DNA of 64,000 nucleotides from Patescibacteria group bacterium (lineage in GTDB: Bacteria > Patescibacteriota > Patescibacteriia > Buchananbacterales > UBA6539): positions 8,634 to 72,633 of the forward strand of contig JAQTYZ010000005.1 of the NCBI GenBank assembly GCA_028688055.1, read 5' to 3'. The position numbers and the translations under genes were made by a program. Below are positions 9,944 to 18,010 of the stretch, piece by piece; position 1 is the stretch's first letter, and each line of letters opens with the position of its first letter. The notes below the pieces were generated by a model that saw only the letters and a list, made by a program, of their open reading frames with translations, was not told where the DNA came from and did not search any database.

Positions 9944-10063
9944 ATGCAATGCGAAAAGTGTTCAGTCGATATGACTGAAGAAATGGCATGCTCATGCCAA
10001 AAGACGGTATGTAAAAATTGTTGCGACCATGACGCATCATGCAGTTGCGCCTGTAATGTCTAA
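9944..10063 (+). CDS. Small Cys-rich metallothionein-like protein (39 aa, not in the ORF track)
   Basis: MQCEKCSVDMTEEMACSCQKTVCKNCCDHDASCSCACNV; 10 Cys and 1 His; host-type A-rich context before ATG; fills the gap between gap and its terminator. Confidence 0.7.
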   Translation: MQCEKCSVDMTEEMACSCQKTVCKNCCDHDASCSCACNV

Positions 10064-10076
10064 ATTTTTACTCAAC

Positions 10077-10103
10077 AAAAACCCCGCTTGAAGCGGGGTT
10101 TTT
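10077..10103 (+). terminator. Intrinsic (bidirectional-type) terminator of the gap unit
   Basis: AAAA-ACCCCGCT-tga-AGCGGGGT-TTTT. Confidence 0.85.
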
Positions 10104-10170
10104 GGTTTGACGGAGCGCTTGTTGGGGTGATAATCTAACCAAGCTGCTAATTTCGAAGGAGGCGTCGAAA

Positions 10171-10398
10171 ATGAACACAGTAGTCCAAATCAGTTTCAAT
10201 GTCGTAGGTGAGGGACTGGGTATTTGCTCGGGTGTCGATTTTCTATGTGAGCCGTCCCGGCAGGACCTAACCCGTCGGCATGGTTTTCGGGTCACGGGAT
10301 ACATTAATTCGGGTGACTCGGCTAGAGTTGTGTCGGCTTTGAAAAAGGCTGGCGTGAGTGGTATTGCCCTGATAGGCGTCAATCAGTTTGAAGCTTGA
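10171..10398 (+). CDS. Orphan small protein (75 aa)
   Basis: SD AAGGAGG, upstream TTGACG...GATAAT, own terminator at 10422-10448. Confidence 0.6.
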   Translation: MNTVVQISFNVVGEGLGICSGVDFLCEPSRQDLTRRHGFRVTGYINSGDSARVVSALKKAGVSGIALIGVNQFEA

Positions 10399-10421
10399 TT
10401 TGTCTTTGTCGTTTGTGGCAC

Positions 10422-10448
10422 AGGAGACCTTTTGGGCCTCCTTTTTTT
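10422..10448 (+). terminator. Intrinsic terminator
   Basis: AGGAGaCCT-ttt-GGGcCTCCT-T6. Confidence 0.65.
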
Positions 10449-10453
10449 AGTTC

Positions 10454-10500
10454 TTGACAGATTTTTTTACCTATGATAATGTATTAATACATTAATACAT
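10454..10500 (+). promoter_or_regulatory. Promoter with an overlapping palindromic operator (TrpR/HisR-type)
   Basis: TTGACA 10454-10459; TAATGT at 17-nt spacing; perfect inverted repeat ATGTATTAAT-ac-ATTAATACAT at 10479-10500. Confidence 0.75.
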
Positions 10501-10519
10501 ACTTGTTAAATCTAAAATA

Positions 10520-10813
10520 ATGAAGGGGATTCATCAGCATAAAAATAATGAGACCGAATCTTTATATCAAACGATAGTGTCATTAAAAAATGTCAGTGAA
10601 AGTAAATGTTTTTTTAGAGATTTACTCACCATTGAAGAAATTACGGAATTCTCTAAACGCTGGCAGGCCGCAAAATTGCTTGATCAAAAATTACCATACC
10701 GAGCGGTCGCTACTAAAACTGGTTTGAGTACCACGACCGTTACGCGCGTCGCCCACTGGTTAAATAATGGCAAAGGCGGATATAAATTAGCGATTAATAG
10801 ATTAAAAAAATGA
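10520..10813 (+). CDS. TrpR-like YerC/YecD family repressor (probable HisR)
   Basis: FFRDLLTIEEI..FSKRWQAAKLL..YRAVATKTGLSTTTVTRVAHWL...GGY; heads the his genes. Confidence 0.9.
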   Translation: MKGIHQHKNNETESLYQTIVSLKNVSESKCFFRDLLTIEEITEFSKRWQAAKLLDQKLPYRAVATKTGLSTTTVTRVAHWLNNGKGGYKLAINRLKK

Positions 10814-10857
10814 ACTATTTATTTTCAATTTTTGGGCACCATTATGCTTTACCCTAG
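10810..10857 (+). CDS. Putative his attenuator leader peptide MNYLFSIFGHHYALP
   Basis: ATGA overlap with the repressor stop; tandem His codons CAC CAT at 10837-10842. Confidence 0.7.
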   Translation: MNYLFSIFGHHYALP

Positions 10858-10924
10858 GGGAGAGCAGCGTGGTTTTTAATTTTTTAGAAATTAGTCTGGT
10901 CTCTCCATGGTGGAGAGATTTTTT
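10838..10924 (+). promoter_or_regulatory. Ribosome-dependent transcription attenuator
   Basis: 1:2 hairpin 10838-10873; segment GGAGAG 10859-10864 complementary to CTCTCC 10901-10906; terminator TCTCTCCA-tgg-TGGAGAGA-T6. Confidence 0.7.
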
Positions 10925-10945
10925 GTACCTTAAAGGAGATTAGCG

Positions 10946-11281
10946 ATGGGCAAGACGCTGTTACCGAATTTTACGAAAATGGCTGGGTTAATCGTGGCGA
11001 TTATTCAGGATTACCAAACCAACGAAGTTTTAATGCAGGCTTTTATGAACGAAGCTGCTTGGCGGCTGACTTTGGTGGAAGGTCGGGTCTACTTTTGGTC
11101 ACGGCGCCGGCAATGCCTTTGGTTTAAGGGTGAGACCTCCGGTAATATCTTGACTGTCTGTGAAATGACCCTTGATTGCGACTATGATTCCGTACTAATC
11201 AAGGTCAAGGTTGAAGGTGATGGCTTAGCTTGTCACACGGGACAACGGAGTTGTTTTTTTACAACCATACCGAGGAGTTGA
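10946..11281 (+). CDS. hisI: Phosphoribosyl-AMP cyclohydrolase
   Basis: GLIVAIIQD, VLMQAFMN, FWSRRR..LWFKGETSGN, DCDYDS, ACHTGQRSCFF. Confidence 0.95.
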   Translation: MGKTLLPNFTKMAGLIVAIIQDYQTNEVLMQAFMNEAAWRLTLVEGRVYFWSRRRQCLWFKGETSGNILTVCEMTLDCDYDSVLIKVKVEGDGLACHTGQRSCFFTTIPRS

Positions 11282-12189
11282 TGATGAATAAATCGGGCGT
11301 TAGGCTATTAGTACCAGATGGCTCGTTACAGAAGATTGTTGAGGAGCTTATGGCTAAGGCCGGTATGGCACTTAGCACTTCAAGTAGCCGCAGCTATATG
11401 GTGACGGTAAATAATCCGCGGCTATTTCCGCCGCCGTTTAATCTGGCGCGCCGGTTGCGGCCGCAAGATGCAACCTGGATTGTCGCCGATGGTTTAGCTG
11501 ATCTAGCGTTTGTTGCCGAAGACCTGATTGAGGAATCAGGCCGCGCTAGTGACTTAGTGGTTTTACGATATATTCCTAAGTCGCGCGGTGGTCGGCAAAT
11601 GACCAGGATTGTCTTGGCAGTCCCAAATGATTCGGCGATTAAATCAATTGCCGAGCTAATGCCCAATCATGAGGTCGTGACTGAATATCCGGTGATTGCG
11701 GCTAAATGGTTTGGGCAGCATGGCGTTAGCCCGAGAGTTAGACGCTGTGCCGGATCACTTGAAGCGTATGTCGAAATTGCGGACGCTATCGTTGAGAATG
11801 TCGAAACCGGCGAATCACTTGGGGAAAACCGTTGGCGAGAAATTGGTGAGTATATGCACTCGAGAACTTGCCTCATCACTAACCGTCTGGCGGTTGAAAA
11901 TCCAGATCAGAAGGCAATCATTGACGAAGTCTGCCTGCTGATCGGCTCGGTGATTGATGCCGTCGGACGCATCAGCTTAAAGTGTAATGCCACGCCAACC
12001 GTTGTTGGAGCAGTGACGGGAATTCTTCAGCAGTACGGCGACCCGACCATTAGTTTGCTGGCCGCTGACGCCGGTTCGGCCATGGAAATCGTTGTTAATG
12101 AAGCTGAGGCCGAGACCCTGATGCCGTTACTCAAAGCCGCGCTGGCGACTAGAATCATCACCACGCCAATTAACCAGTTCATTGAATAA
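11281..12189 (+). CDS. hisG: ATP phosphoribosyltransferase, long form (divergent)
   Basis: PDGSLQ, LRPQD, IVLAVP, TEYP, GSLEA, DAIVENVETGESL, C-terminal regulatory domain with PTIS; start at 11281 or 11284 after GAGGAG. Confidence 0.85.
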   Translation: MMNKSGVRLLVPDGSLQKIVEELMAKAGMALSTSSSRSYMVTVNNPRLFPPPFNLARRLRPQDATWIVADGLADLAFVAEDLIEESGRASDLVVLRYIPKSRGGRQMTRIVLAVPNDSAIKSIAELMPNHEVVTEYPVIAAKWFGQHGVSPRVRRCAGSLEAYVEIADAIVENVETGESLGENRWREIGEYMHSRTCLITNRLAVENPDQKAIIDEVCLLIGSVIDAVGRISLKCNATPTVVGAVTGILQQYGDPTISLLAADAGSAMEIVVNEAEAETLMPLLKAALATRIITTPINQFIE

Positions 12190-12216
12190 TTGCCGGAGTT
12201 CATCCGGACTACTAAG

Positions 12217-12248
12217 GCGCTGACTAGCAATAGTTGGCGCTGTTTTTT
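12217..12248 (+). terminator. Terminator closing the his unit
   Basis: GCGCTGACTA-gcaa-TAGTTGGCGC-TGTTTTTT. Confidence 0.8.
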
Positions 12249-12317
12249 ATAAGTACTATGATGATGGGGTTTTCCGTTTTTTAATTTTTAGGGTATAATT
12301 TAACCGTCAATAAAAAT

Positions 12318-12704
12318 ATGATTAAAAAGATTTCATTACTTTTGGCAGTCGCGGCGATAATTTTATCCGGTTGCCAGCTCAAAGAAAATTATTCAGTTCA
12401 ATATGGTTTTAGTAATGAACTGGAAACGGAGTCAACTTTTATAGCGAATAAAGATGGTTACGAGCTTACGTCACCATTTGCCGATTTTACTTGTGATTCA
12501 CAAAGTGTTAAAGCCAATTTAGCGCGAAACGGCAATATTTTTACGATGATCCTTAGTGGTACTGAAACGACTCAACGATGTAGCTACAAATTTTTTGCTA
12601 AAATTACCGGTGTTAATCCAGGCGATTATGAGTTTAAATTAATTTATCAGCGCGACAACCTTCGCCAGCAAGTCATGTATCAGCAGTTTTCGGTTTCAAA
12701 ATAA
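12318..12704 (+). CDS. Hypothetical lipoprotein
   Basis: Lipobox LSGC, beta-rich body. Confidence 0.75.
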   Translation: MIKKISLLLAVAAIILSGCQLKENYSVQYGFSNELETESTFIANKDGYELTSPFADFTCDSQSVKANLARNGNIFTMILSGTETTQRCSYKFFAKITGVNPGDYEFKLIYQRDNLRQQVMYQQFSVSK

Positions 12705-12771
12705 GGATGTTAATAAATAAACGGTTTTTAGCTGGCCGTTTTTTTATTTTTATGGTATAATTTGGGATAAT

Positions 12772-14001
12772 ATGGAACTAAAAACCATTCGAGATATTAA
12801 GCAGTTGTCGGGCAAAAAAGTTCTGCTACGAGTCGCTTATGATGTGCCCCTGAAACCGAAGGGCAAGGGTTGGGAGGTGGCTGATGACCGCCGAATTTTG
12901 GAAACTCTTCCGACAATCAAATATTTGCTAAACAACAAGTGTAAAATTGTTTTATTGTCGTGGTTGAATCGACCGGACGGTCGGGTCGTTGAAAAATACA
13001 AAATGGACCCGGTGGCCATAAGATTAGCGCAGATTTTGAAAAAACCGGTTCAAAAACTCAATGACTGTATTGGCCCTAAAGTCTTTGAATCAATTGAAAA
13101 AATGAAGGCTGGTGAATTAATAATGTTGGAGAATGTTCGCTTTTATCCGGAGGAAGAGTCAAATAATAAATTATTTTCAAAATTATTGGTGCACGGTTTG
13201 GATTTAATTGTTTTTGATGCCTTCGCTCAGGCCCATCGCGTCCATTCGTCAACGGTTGGGATTACAAAATTACTCCCGACCTACGCCGGGTTATTATTAG
13301 AAAAAGAACTTAAGGAATTAAGTAAGGTTTCAAGTAAACCCAAACGTCCGTTGGTGGTGGTTTTAGGCGGTGCTAAGATTTCCGATAAAACAGCGGTTTT
13401 AATGGAATTAATTAAGATCGCCGACAAAGTTTTAATTGGTGGTGGATTGGCCAACGTATTTTTAAAAGCATGTCACAGACCGATTGGCCGTTCGTTTATT
13501 GAAGATAAATTTGTCGACAAGGCCAAGCGCAAGAAAATCAGTTCGGTGAAACTGGTCAAAAAAATACTAAAAAAATTTGGTGCCAAAATTGTTTTACCCG
13601 TTGATATGCTGGCGGGTAATATAATTGATGCTAAAGCGCTGGTTGAAAAAATCGATTTTGAAGCGGCACAGCAGATAAATAAAAACTGGCTGTTTTTGGA
13701 TATTGGTCCTAAAACCATCGCCAATTTTTTAGTGGAGATTAAGCGCGCTAAAACAATTTTTTTTAACGGGCCGATGGGAGTGTTTGAAATTGACCAGTTT
13801 TCGTTTGGCACTAAAAAAATCGCTGAGGCGATTGCCCGATCAAAAGCAATCTCGGTTTTAGGTGGCGGTGATACCGAAATGGTTATCGCTAAATACAAGC
13901 TTGCTGGAAAATTTACTCACGTCTCAACTGGCGGCGGTGCCAGTCTAGAATTTTTGGCAGGAGCTACTTTACCGGCTTTAAAATATATTTTAAAAAAATA
14001 A
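12772..14001 (+). CDS. pgk: Phosphoglycerate kinase (atypical substrate-site residues)
   Basis: LENVRF, LGGAKISDK, DIGPKT, NGPMGVFE, GGGDT, HVSTGGGASLEFL. Confidence 0.93.
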   Translation: MELKTIRDIKQLSGKKVLLRVAYDVPLKPKGKGWEVADDRRILETLPTIKYLLNNKCKIVLLSWLNRPDGRVVEKYKMDPVAIRLAQILKKPVQKLNDCIGPKVFESIEKMKAGELIMLENVRFYPEEESNNKLFSKLLVHGLDLIVFDAFAQAHRVHSSTVGITKLLPTYAGLLLEKELKELSKVSSKPKRPLVVVLGGAKISDKTAVLMELIKIADKVLIGGGLANVFLKACHRPIGRSFIEDKFVDKAKRKKISSVKLVKKILKKFGAKIVLPVDMLAGNIIDAKALVEKIDFEAAQQINKNWLFLDIGPKTIANFLVEIKRAKTIFFNGPMGVFEIDQFSFGTKKIAEAIARSKAISVLGGGDTEMVIAKYKLAGKFTHVSTGGGASLEFLAGATLPALKYILKK

Positions 14002-14015
14002 TTAACAAAAAAAAT

Positions 14016-14807
14016 ATGGACCCAGAAAACAAAACTTTAAGCATTAAGCCACCGGTTTGGGGGCTTGTTTTGGCAACTATTATTGTCATCATGCTGACAA
14101 TTTTTCTTGCGATTTTAACTTGGAATCAGTTTAAGCAGCATGATTATATCGGTCGGACTGATCAGCAGCTTTATACCATTACCATTGATGGTGAAGGTAA
14201 AGTCAATGCGATACCGGACATCGCCCAAGTTTCGCTTGGGGTTACAACGGATAATTTGAAGGTCGCTGATGCACAAAAAGAAAATACGACCAAGGTTAAC
14301 GATTTGATGAAAAATCTTAAGGCCCTGGGTGTGGCCGATAAAGATATTCAGACCTCAAATTATAATATTTATCCTAAGTATGATTATTCTAACGGTAAGC
14401 AAAATTTAATTGGCTATACAGTCAACCAGTCGCTAAACGTCAAAATTAGAAATCTTGATTCGGTGGGCAATATTATCGAGTCAGCCGGCCGGCTGGGCGC
14501 AAATCAAGTTGGCAGTTTGAATTTTACTATTGATGATCCGGAGATAATAAAACAGCAGGCTAGAGAAAAAGCCTTGGTAAATGCTAAAGAGAAAGCAGAC
14601 GCTTTGGCAAAAGTAGCCGGGGTCAAGCTAGGCAAATTAGTTTCGTTTGCTGAGAATAGCGGCAATGCCGGTCCGATCTATTACGATAATTTAAAGTCGG
14701 CCGCACCGAGCGGAATGGGTGGTGCCGAGATGGCACCAGTTCCCGCCATTGCTCCCGGTAGTCAGGATGTGGTTGTCGACGTGACGGTAACTTATGAAGT
14801 TTTATAG
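14016..14807 (+). CDS. SIMPL/DUF541 (BP26-like) protein
   Basis: TM, then ITIDGEGKVNAIPDIAQVSLGV...AREKALVNAKEKA..LAKVAGVKLGK. Confidence 0.9.
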   Translation: MDPENKTLSIKPPVWGLVLATIIVIMLTIFLAILTWNQFKQHDYIGRTDQQLYTITIDGEGKVNAIPDIAQVSLGVTTDNLKVADAQKENTTKVNDLMKNLKALGVADKDIQTSNYNIYPKYDYSNGKQNLIGYTVNQSLNVKIRNLDSVGNIIESAGRLGANQVGSLNFTIDDPEIIKQQAREKALVNAKEKADALAKVAGVKLGKLVSFAENSGNAGPIYYDNLKSAAPSGMGGAEMAPVPAIAPGSQDVVVDVTVTYEVL

Positions 14808-14808
14808 T

Positions 14809-16083
14809 ATGTCTGACACGGTCATAAAATCAGTTAAAGCGTTAGAAATATTAGACTCGCGCGGGAACCCAACAGTTGAAGTTTTTGTTGCTCTAAAAGA
14901 TGGGACTGTGGCTAAGGCCTCGGTCCCATCTGGGGCATCAACCGGAGTTCATGAAGCTTTAGAATTGCGTGATAATGACAAAAAAAGATACAACGGTAAC
15001 GGTGTATCTAAGGCGGTTAGCAATGTAAATAAAATTATTGCCCCCAAACTGGTTGGAAAAAATTCAACCAGGCAACGCGAGTTAGATGAACTAATGATAA
15101 TGCTTGACGGGACACCTAATAAAGCCAACTTAGGAGCTAATGCTATCCTAGGAATTTCCTTGGCGTTGGCGCACGCTGCGGCCGCGTCGTTGAACTTGCC
15201 ACTGTATAAATATATTCGTCAGACCTTTGGCTTACCTTATAAGGGTTGGAAATTGCCGATTCCGACGATGAATATTTTGAATGGCGGTGCGCACGCTGCT
15301 TGGTCACTGGATATTCAGGAGTTTATGATTATTCCGTTGCAGGAAAAAATGTCTGAGCGAATTAGGTGTGGTGCCGAGATCTTTCATTGCTTAGCAAAAA
15401 TATTGGCCGAGTTGAAGTTTAGTACTTTAAAAGGTGATGAAGGCGGTTACGCGCCAAGGCTTAAGGGTAATGAGGCGGCGTTTGATTTAATAATGAAAGC
15501 TATTAAAACGGCTGGTTATAAAGCGGCGAAGGACGTGGTCTTAGGAATTGACGCGGCCAGCTCGGAATTTTATGATAGCAAGAAGAAAATTTATCATTTG
15601 AAAGCGGACAAGAAAAAATTAACCGCCAAGCAAATGATCGAACTGGAACGGCGGTGGATTAAAAAATATCCAATCTATTCCATCGAAGATGGGTTAGACC
15701 AAGATGATTGGGATAATTGGAAAATTTTAACTAAAACGCTTGGTAAAAAAGTTACGCTGGTCGGTGATGATTTGTTTGTAACAAATGTTAAGCGTTTAGA
15801 GCAGGGTATTGAGCTAAAAGTCGCCAACGCGATTTTGATTAAACTAAATCAAATTGGCACGCTGTCGGAAACAATTGACGCGATTGAATTGGCCCATCAA
15901 AATCGCTATCAAACTTCAATTTCGCATCGTTCCGGTGAAACTGAGGATACCACGATTGCTGACTTGGCCGTCGCGGTTAATTCGGAGTTCATTAAAACCG
16001 GTTCATTATCCCGATCAGAACGCGTGGCCAAATATAATCGGTTAATAGAAATTGAAGCCGAATTAAAAAAAACACCCAGCTAG
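14809..16083 (+). CDS. eno: Enolase
   Basis: EILDSRGNPTVE, VPSGASTG, GDEGG, LIKLNQIG, SHRSGETED, RSERVAKYN. Confidence 0.98.
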   Translation: MSDTVIKSVKALEILDSRGNPTVEVFVALKDGTVAKASVPSGASTGVHEALELRDNDKKRYNGNGVSKAVSNVNKIIAPKLVGKNSTRQRELDELMIMLDGTPNKANLGANAILGISLALAHAAAASLNLPLYKYIRQTFGLPYKGWKLPIPTMNILNGGAHAAWSLDIQEFMIIPLQEKMSERIRCGAEIFHCLAKILAELKFSTLKGDEGGYAPRLKGNEAAFDLIMKAIKTAGYKAAKDVVLGIDAASSEFYDSKKKIYHLKADKKKLTAKQMIELERRWIKKYPIYSIEDGLDQDDWDNWKILTKTLGKKVTLVGDDLFVTNVKRLEQGIELKVANAILIKLNQIGTLSETIDAIELAHQNRYQTSISHRSGETEDTTIADLAVAVNSEFIKTGSLSRSERVAKYNRLIEIEAELKKTPS

Positions 16084-16140
16084 GCGGGGTGGTTCGGCAA
16101 TCATTGTTGATCGCCACGGACTGATTCTAAATGAGCAGGG

Positions 16141-16353
16141 TTACTTTTTTTTCAGGAGTGAGGCGTTTTGAAAGGCATTAAGCAGAATCATGCCGATGAA
16201 AATTCCGCCTACGCCCCACACCAGTAGTAGAGCCGGGTGTTTGAACTCGAAATAGGAGCAGACAAATGAGCCGATCTAAAGAGCGACCAGTAAGCCAACG
16301 GCGGTGCAAATTTCGTGCAGGATACTTACCAAGAGTCTGGTGTTGTCCTTCAT
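16141..16353 (-). pseudogene. Small 2-TM orphan gene interrupted by an in-frame TAG
   Basis: MKDNTRLLVSILHEICTAVGLLVAL*IGSFVCSYFEFKHPALLLVWGVGGIFIGMILLNAFQNASLLKKK; SD-like AAGAGGG, promoter TTGACT-17-TAATAT; TAG at 16276-16278. Confidence 0.55.
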
Positions 16354-16428
16354 GTTTATCCCTCTTGTTAGTTGTGGACTTTGGCCAAATGCCAATGACA
16401 ATATTATTACGCCAAACCGAAAAAGTCA

Positions 16429-18009
16429 ATGAAGGTAAATAAAATTAAGCTTAAAAATTCGCCGTTAGTGCTGCTGATTTTAGACGGTTGGGGTATTGCC
16501 CCGCCGAGTCCGGCCAATGCCATTGAATTAGCAAAAAAACCAAATTTTGATCGGCTATGGAAAAATTATCCCCATAGCAAATTAAAGGCGTCCGGAAAAT
16601 ATGTCGGTTTACCCCCAGAACAAGCGGGAAATTCGGAAGCGGGGCATATGAATATTGGCGCGGGGCGCATTGTTTATCAAGATAGTGTTTTTATTTCGCG
16701 TGAGATTGATACGGGAAAGTTTTTTAAAAATGCGGCTTTTGAAGCGGCCTATAAACATATAGTACAAAATAAGTCCGATCTTCATCTGATGGGCTTGATG
16801 TCAAACGGCCAGAGTGCTCATAGCGATCCCGATCATCTATTGGCGCTATTGGCCTGGTCGAGAATAAAAAAAATAAAAAATGTTTATCTTCATATTTTCA
16901 CCGACGGTCGTGATTCACCACCGCATTCGGCGTTAAAATCAGTTGAAGCCTTAATGCGAAATCTGAAAAATAAGGAAGTTAACGGTAAGCGAAGTGGCGA
17001 GTGGATTGCTACTGTGACTGGCCGTTTTTACGCGATGGACCGAAAAAAAGTTTGGTCACGAACCGGGCAAGCCTATCATGCGATGGTGTTGGGCCAAGGT
17101 CTAAGCGCCAAGAGTCCGCAGGCAGCAATTACGCAAGCTTACAATCGTGATGAAACTGATGAATTTATTCCGCCGTATGTTATCAAGCGAAACGGTGAGC
17201 CAATTGCCAAAATTAAAGATAAGGACGCGGTGATATTTTTTGATTTGCGGTCTGATCGAGCGCGGCAAATGGCCAAGCCATTTGTTCAGTCGGATTTTAA
17301 TCAAGAGAATAATGGTGGGTTTAAAAGGAAAAAAGTTTTAAAAAATATTTTATTTGTGGCGATGACCGATTTCGGTCCGGATTTGGATTCAATCTTAACG
17401 GCCTTTCCGTCGGCAGACTTAACTCATACGTTGCCGATGGTTTTAAAAAATTACCGTCAACTGTATATTGCCGAGAAGGAAAAGTATGCCCATATTACTT
17501 ATTTTTTTAATGGCGGCTATGCCGATCCGGTTGGCGGCGAAGATCGAATATTAATTGATTCGCCTAAAGTTTCAAATTACGAAAAAACGCCATCAATGTC
17601 GACACCACTCATTGTTAATCGCGTTGTCAAGGAATTTAAAAATTATGATTTTATTGGCATTAATTTTGCGATTCCTGATATAATTGCGCACACGGGTAAT
17701 ATTATTGCGGCCATTAAATCGGTCGAGGAAGTGGATAAGCAAATTGAACGATTGGTTAAGGCGGTAGTGAAATTAAGTGGGACTCTGATTATTACCGCCG
17801 ATCACGGTAATGCTGATAAGATGCTGGACTTGAAAACGGGCGAGATGTATACTGAACATACGGACAATCTAGTGCCGTTTATTTTATTTCAAGCAAAAGG
17901 CACAATTAAGTCAGTAAAAAATGGCAAATTAGGGGACGTGGCCCCGACGATTTTAAAAATTTTGGCTATCCCTAAACCAAAAAAAATGACCGGCAAAACA
18001 TTATTTTAA
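16429..18009 (+). CDS. gpmI: 2,3-bisphosphoglycerate-independent phosphoglycerate mutase, copy 1
   Basis: ILDGWG, GNSEAGH, TDGRD, GRFYAMDR, TADHGNAD. Confidence 0.93.
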   Translation: MKVNKIKLKNSPLVLLILDGWGIAPPSPANAIELAKKPNFDRLWKNYPHSKLKASGKYVGLPPEQAGNSEAGHMNIGAGRIVYQDSVFISREIDTGKFFKNAAFEAAYKHIVQNKSDLHLMGLMSNGQSAHSDPDHLLALLAWSRIKKIKNVYLHIFTDGRDSPPHSALKSVEALMRNLKNKEVNGKRSGEWIATVTGRFYAMDRKKVWSRTGQAYHAMVLGQGLSAKSPQAAITQAYNRDETDEFIPPYVIKRNGEPIAKIKDKDAVIFFDLRSDRARQMAKPFVQSDFNQENNGGFKRKKVLKNILFVAMTDFGPDLDSILTAFPSADLTHTLPMVLKNYRQLYIAEKEKYAHITYFFNGGYADPVGGEDRILIDSPKVSNYEKTPSMSTPLIVNRVVKEFKNYDFIGINFAIPDIIAHTGNIIAAIKSVEEVDKQIERLVKAVVKLSGTLIITADHGNADKMLDLKTGEMYTEHTDNLVPFILFQAKGTIKSVKNGKLGDVAPTILKILAIPKPKKMTGKTLF

Positions 18010-18010
18010 T

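Noticed and set aside
10811-11281. Genetic code 25 (TGA = Gly), as in Gracilibacteria/Absconditabacteria
   Set aside because: TGA ends the repressor and hisI at family-typical lengths, and no conserved gene contains an in-frame TGA.
16178-16429. 83-aa minus-strand ORF from the track
   Set aside because: It starts upstream of the predicted promoter and lacks an SD. The overlapping frame 16353-16141 fits the expression signals better.
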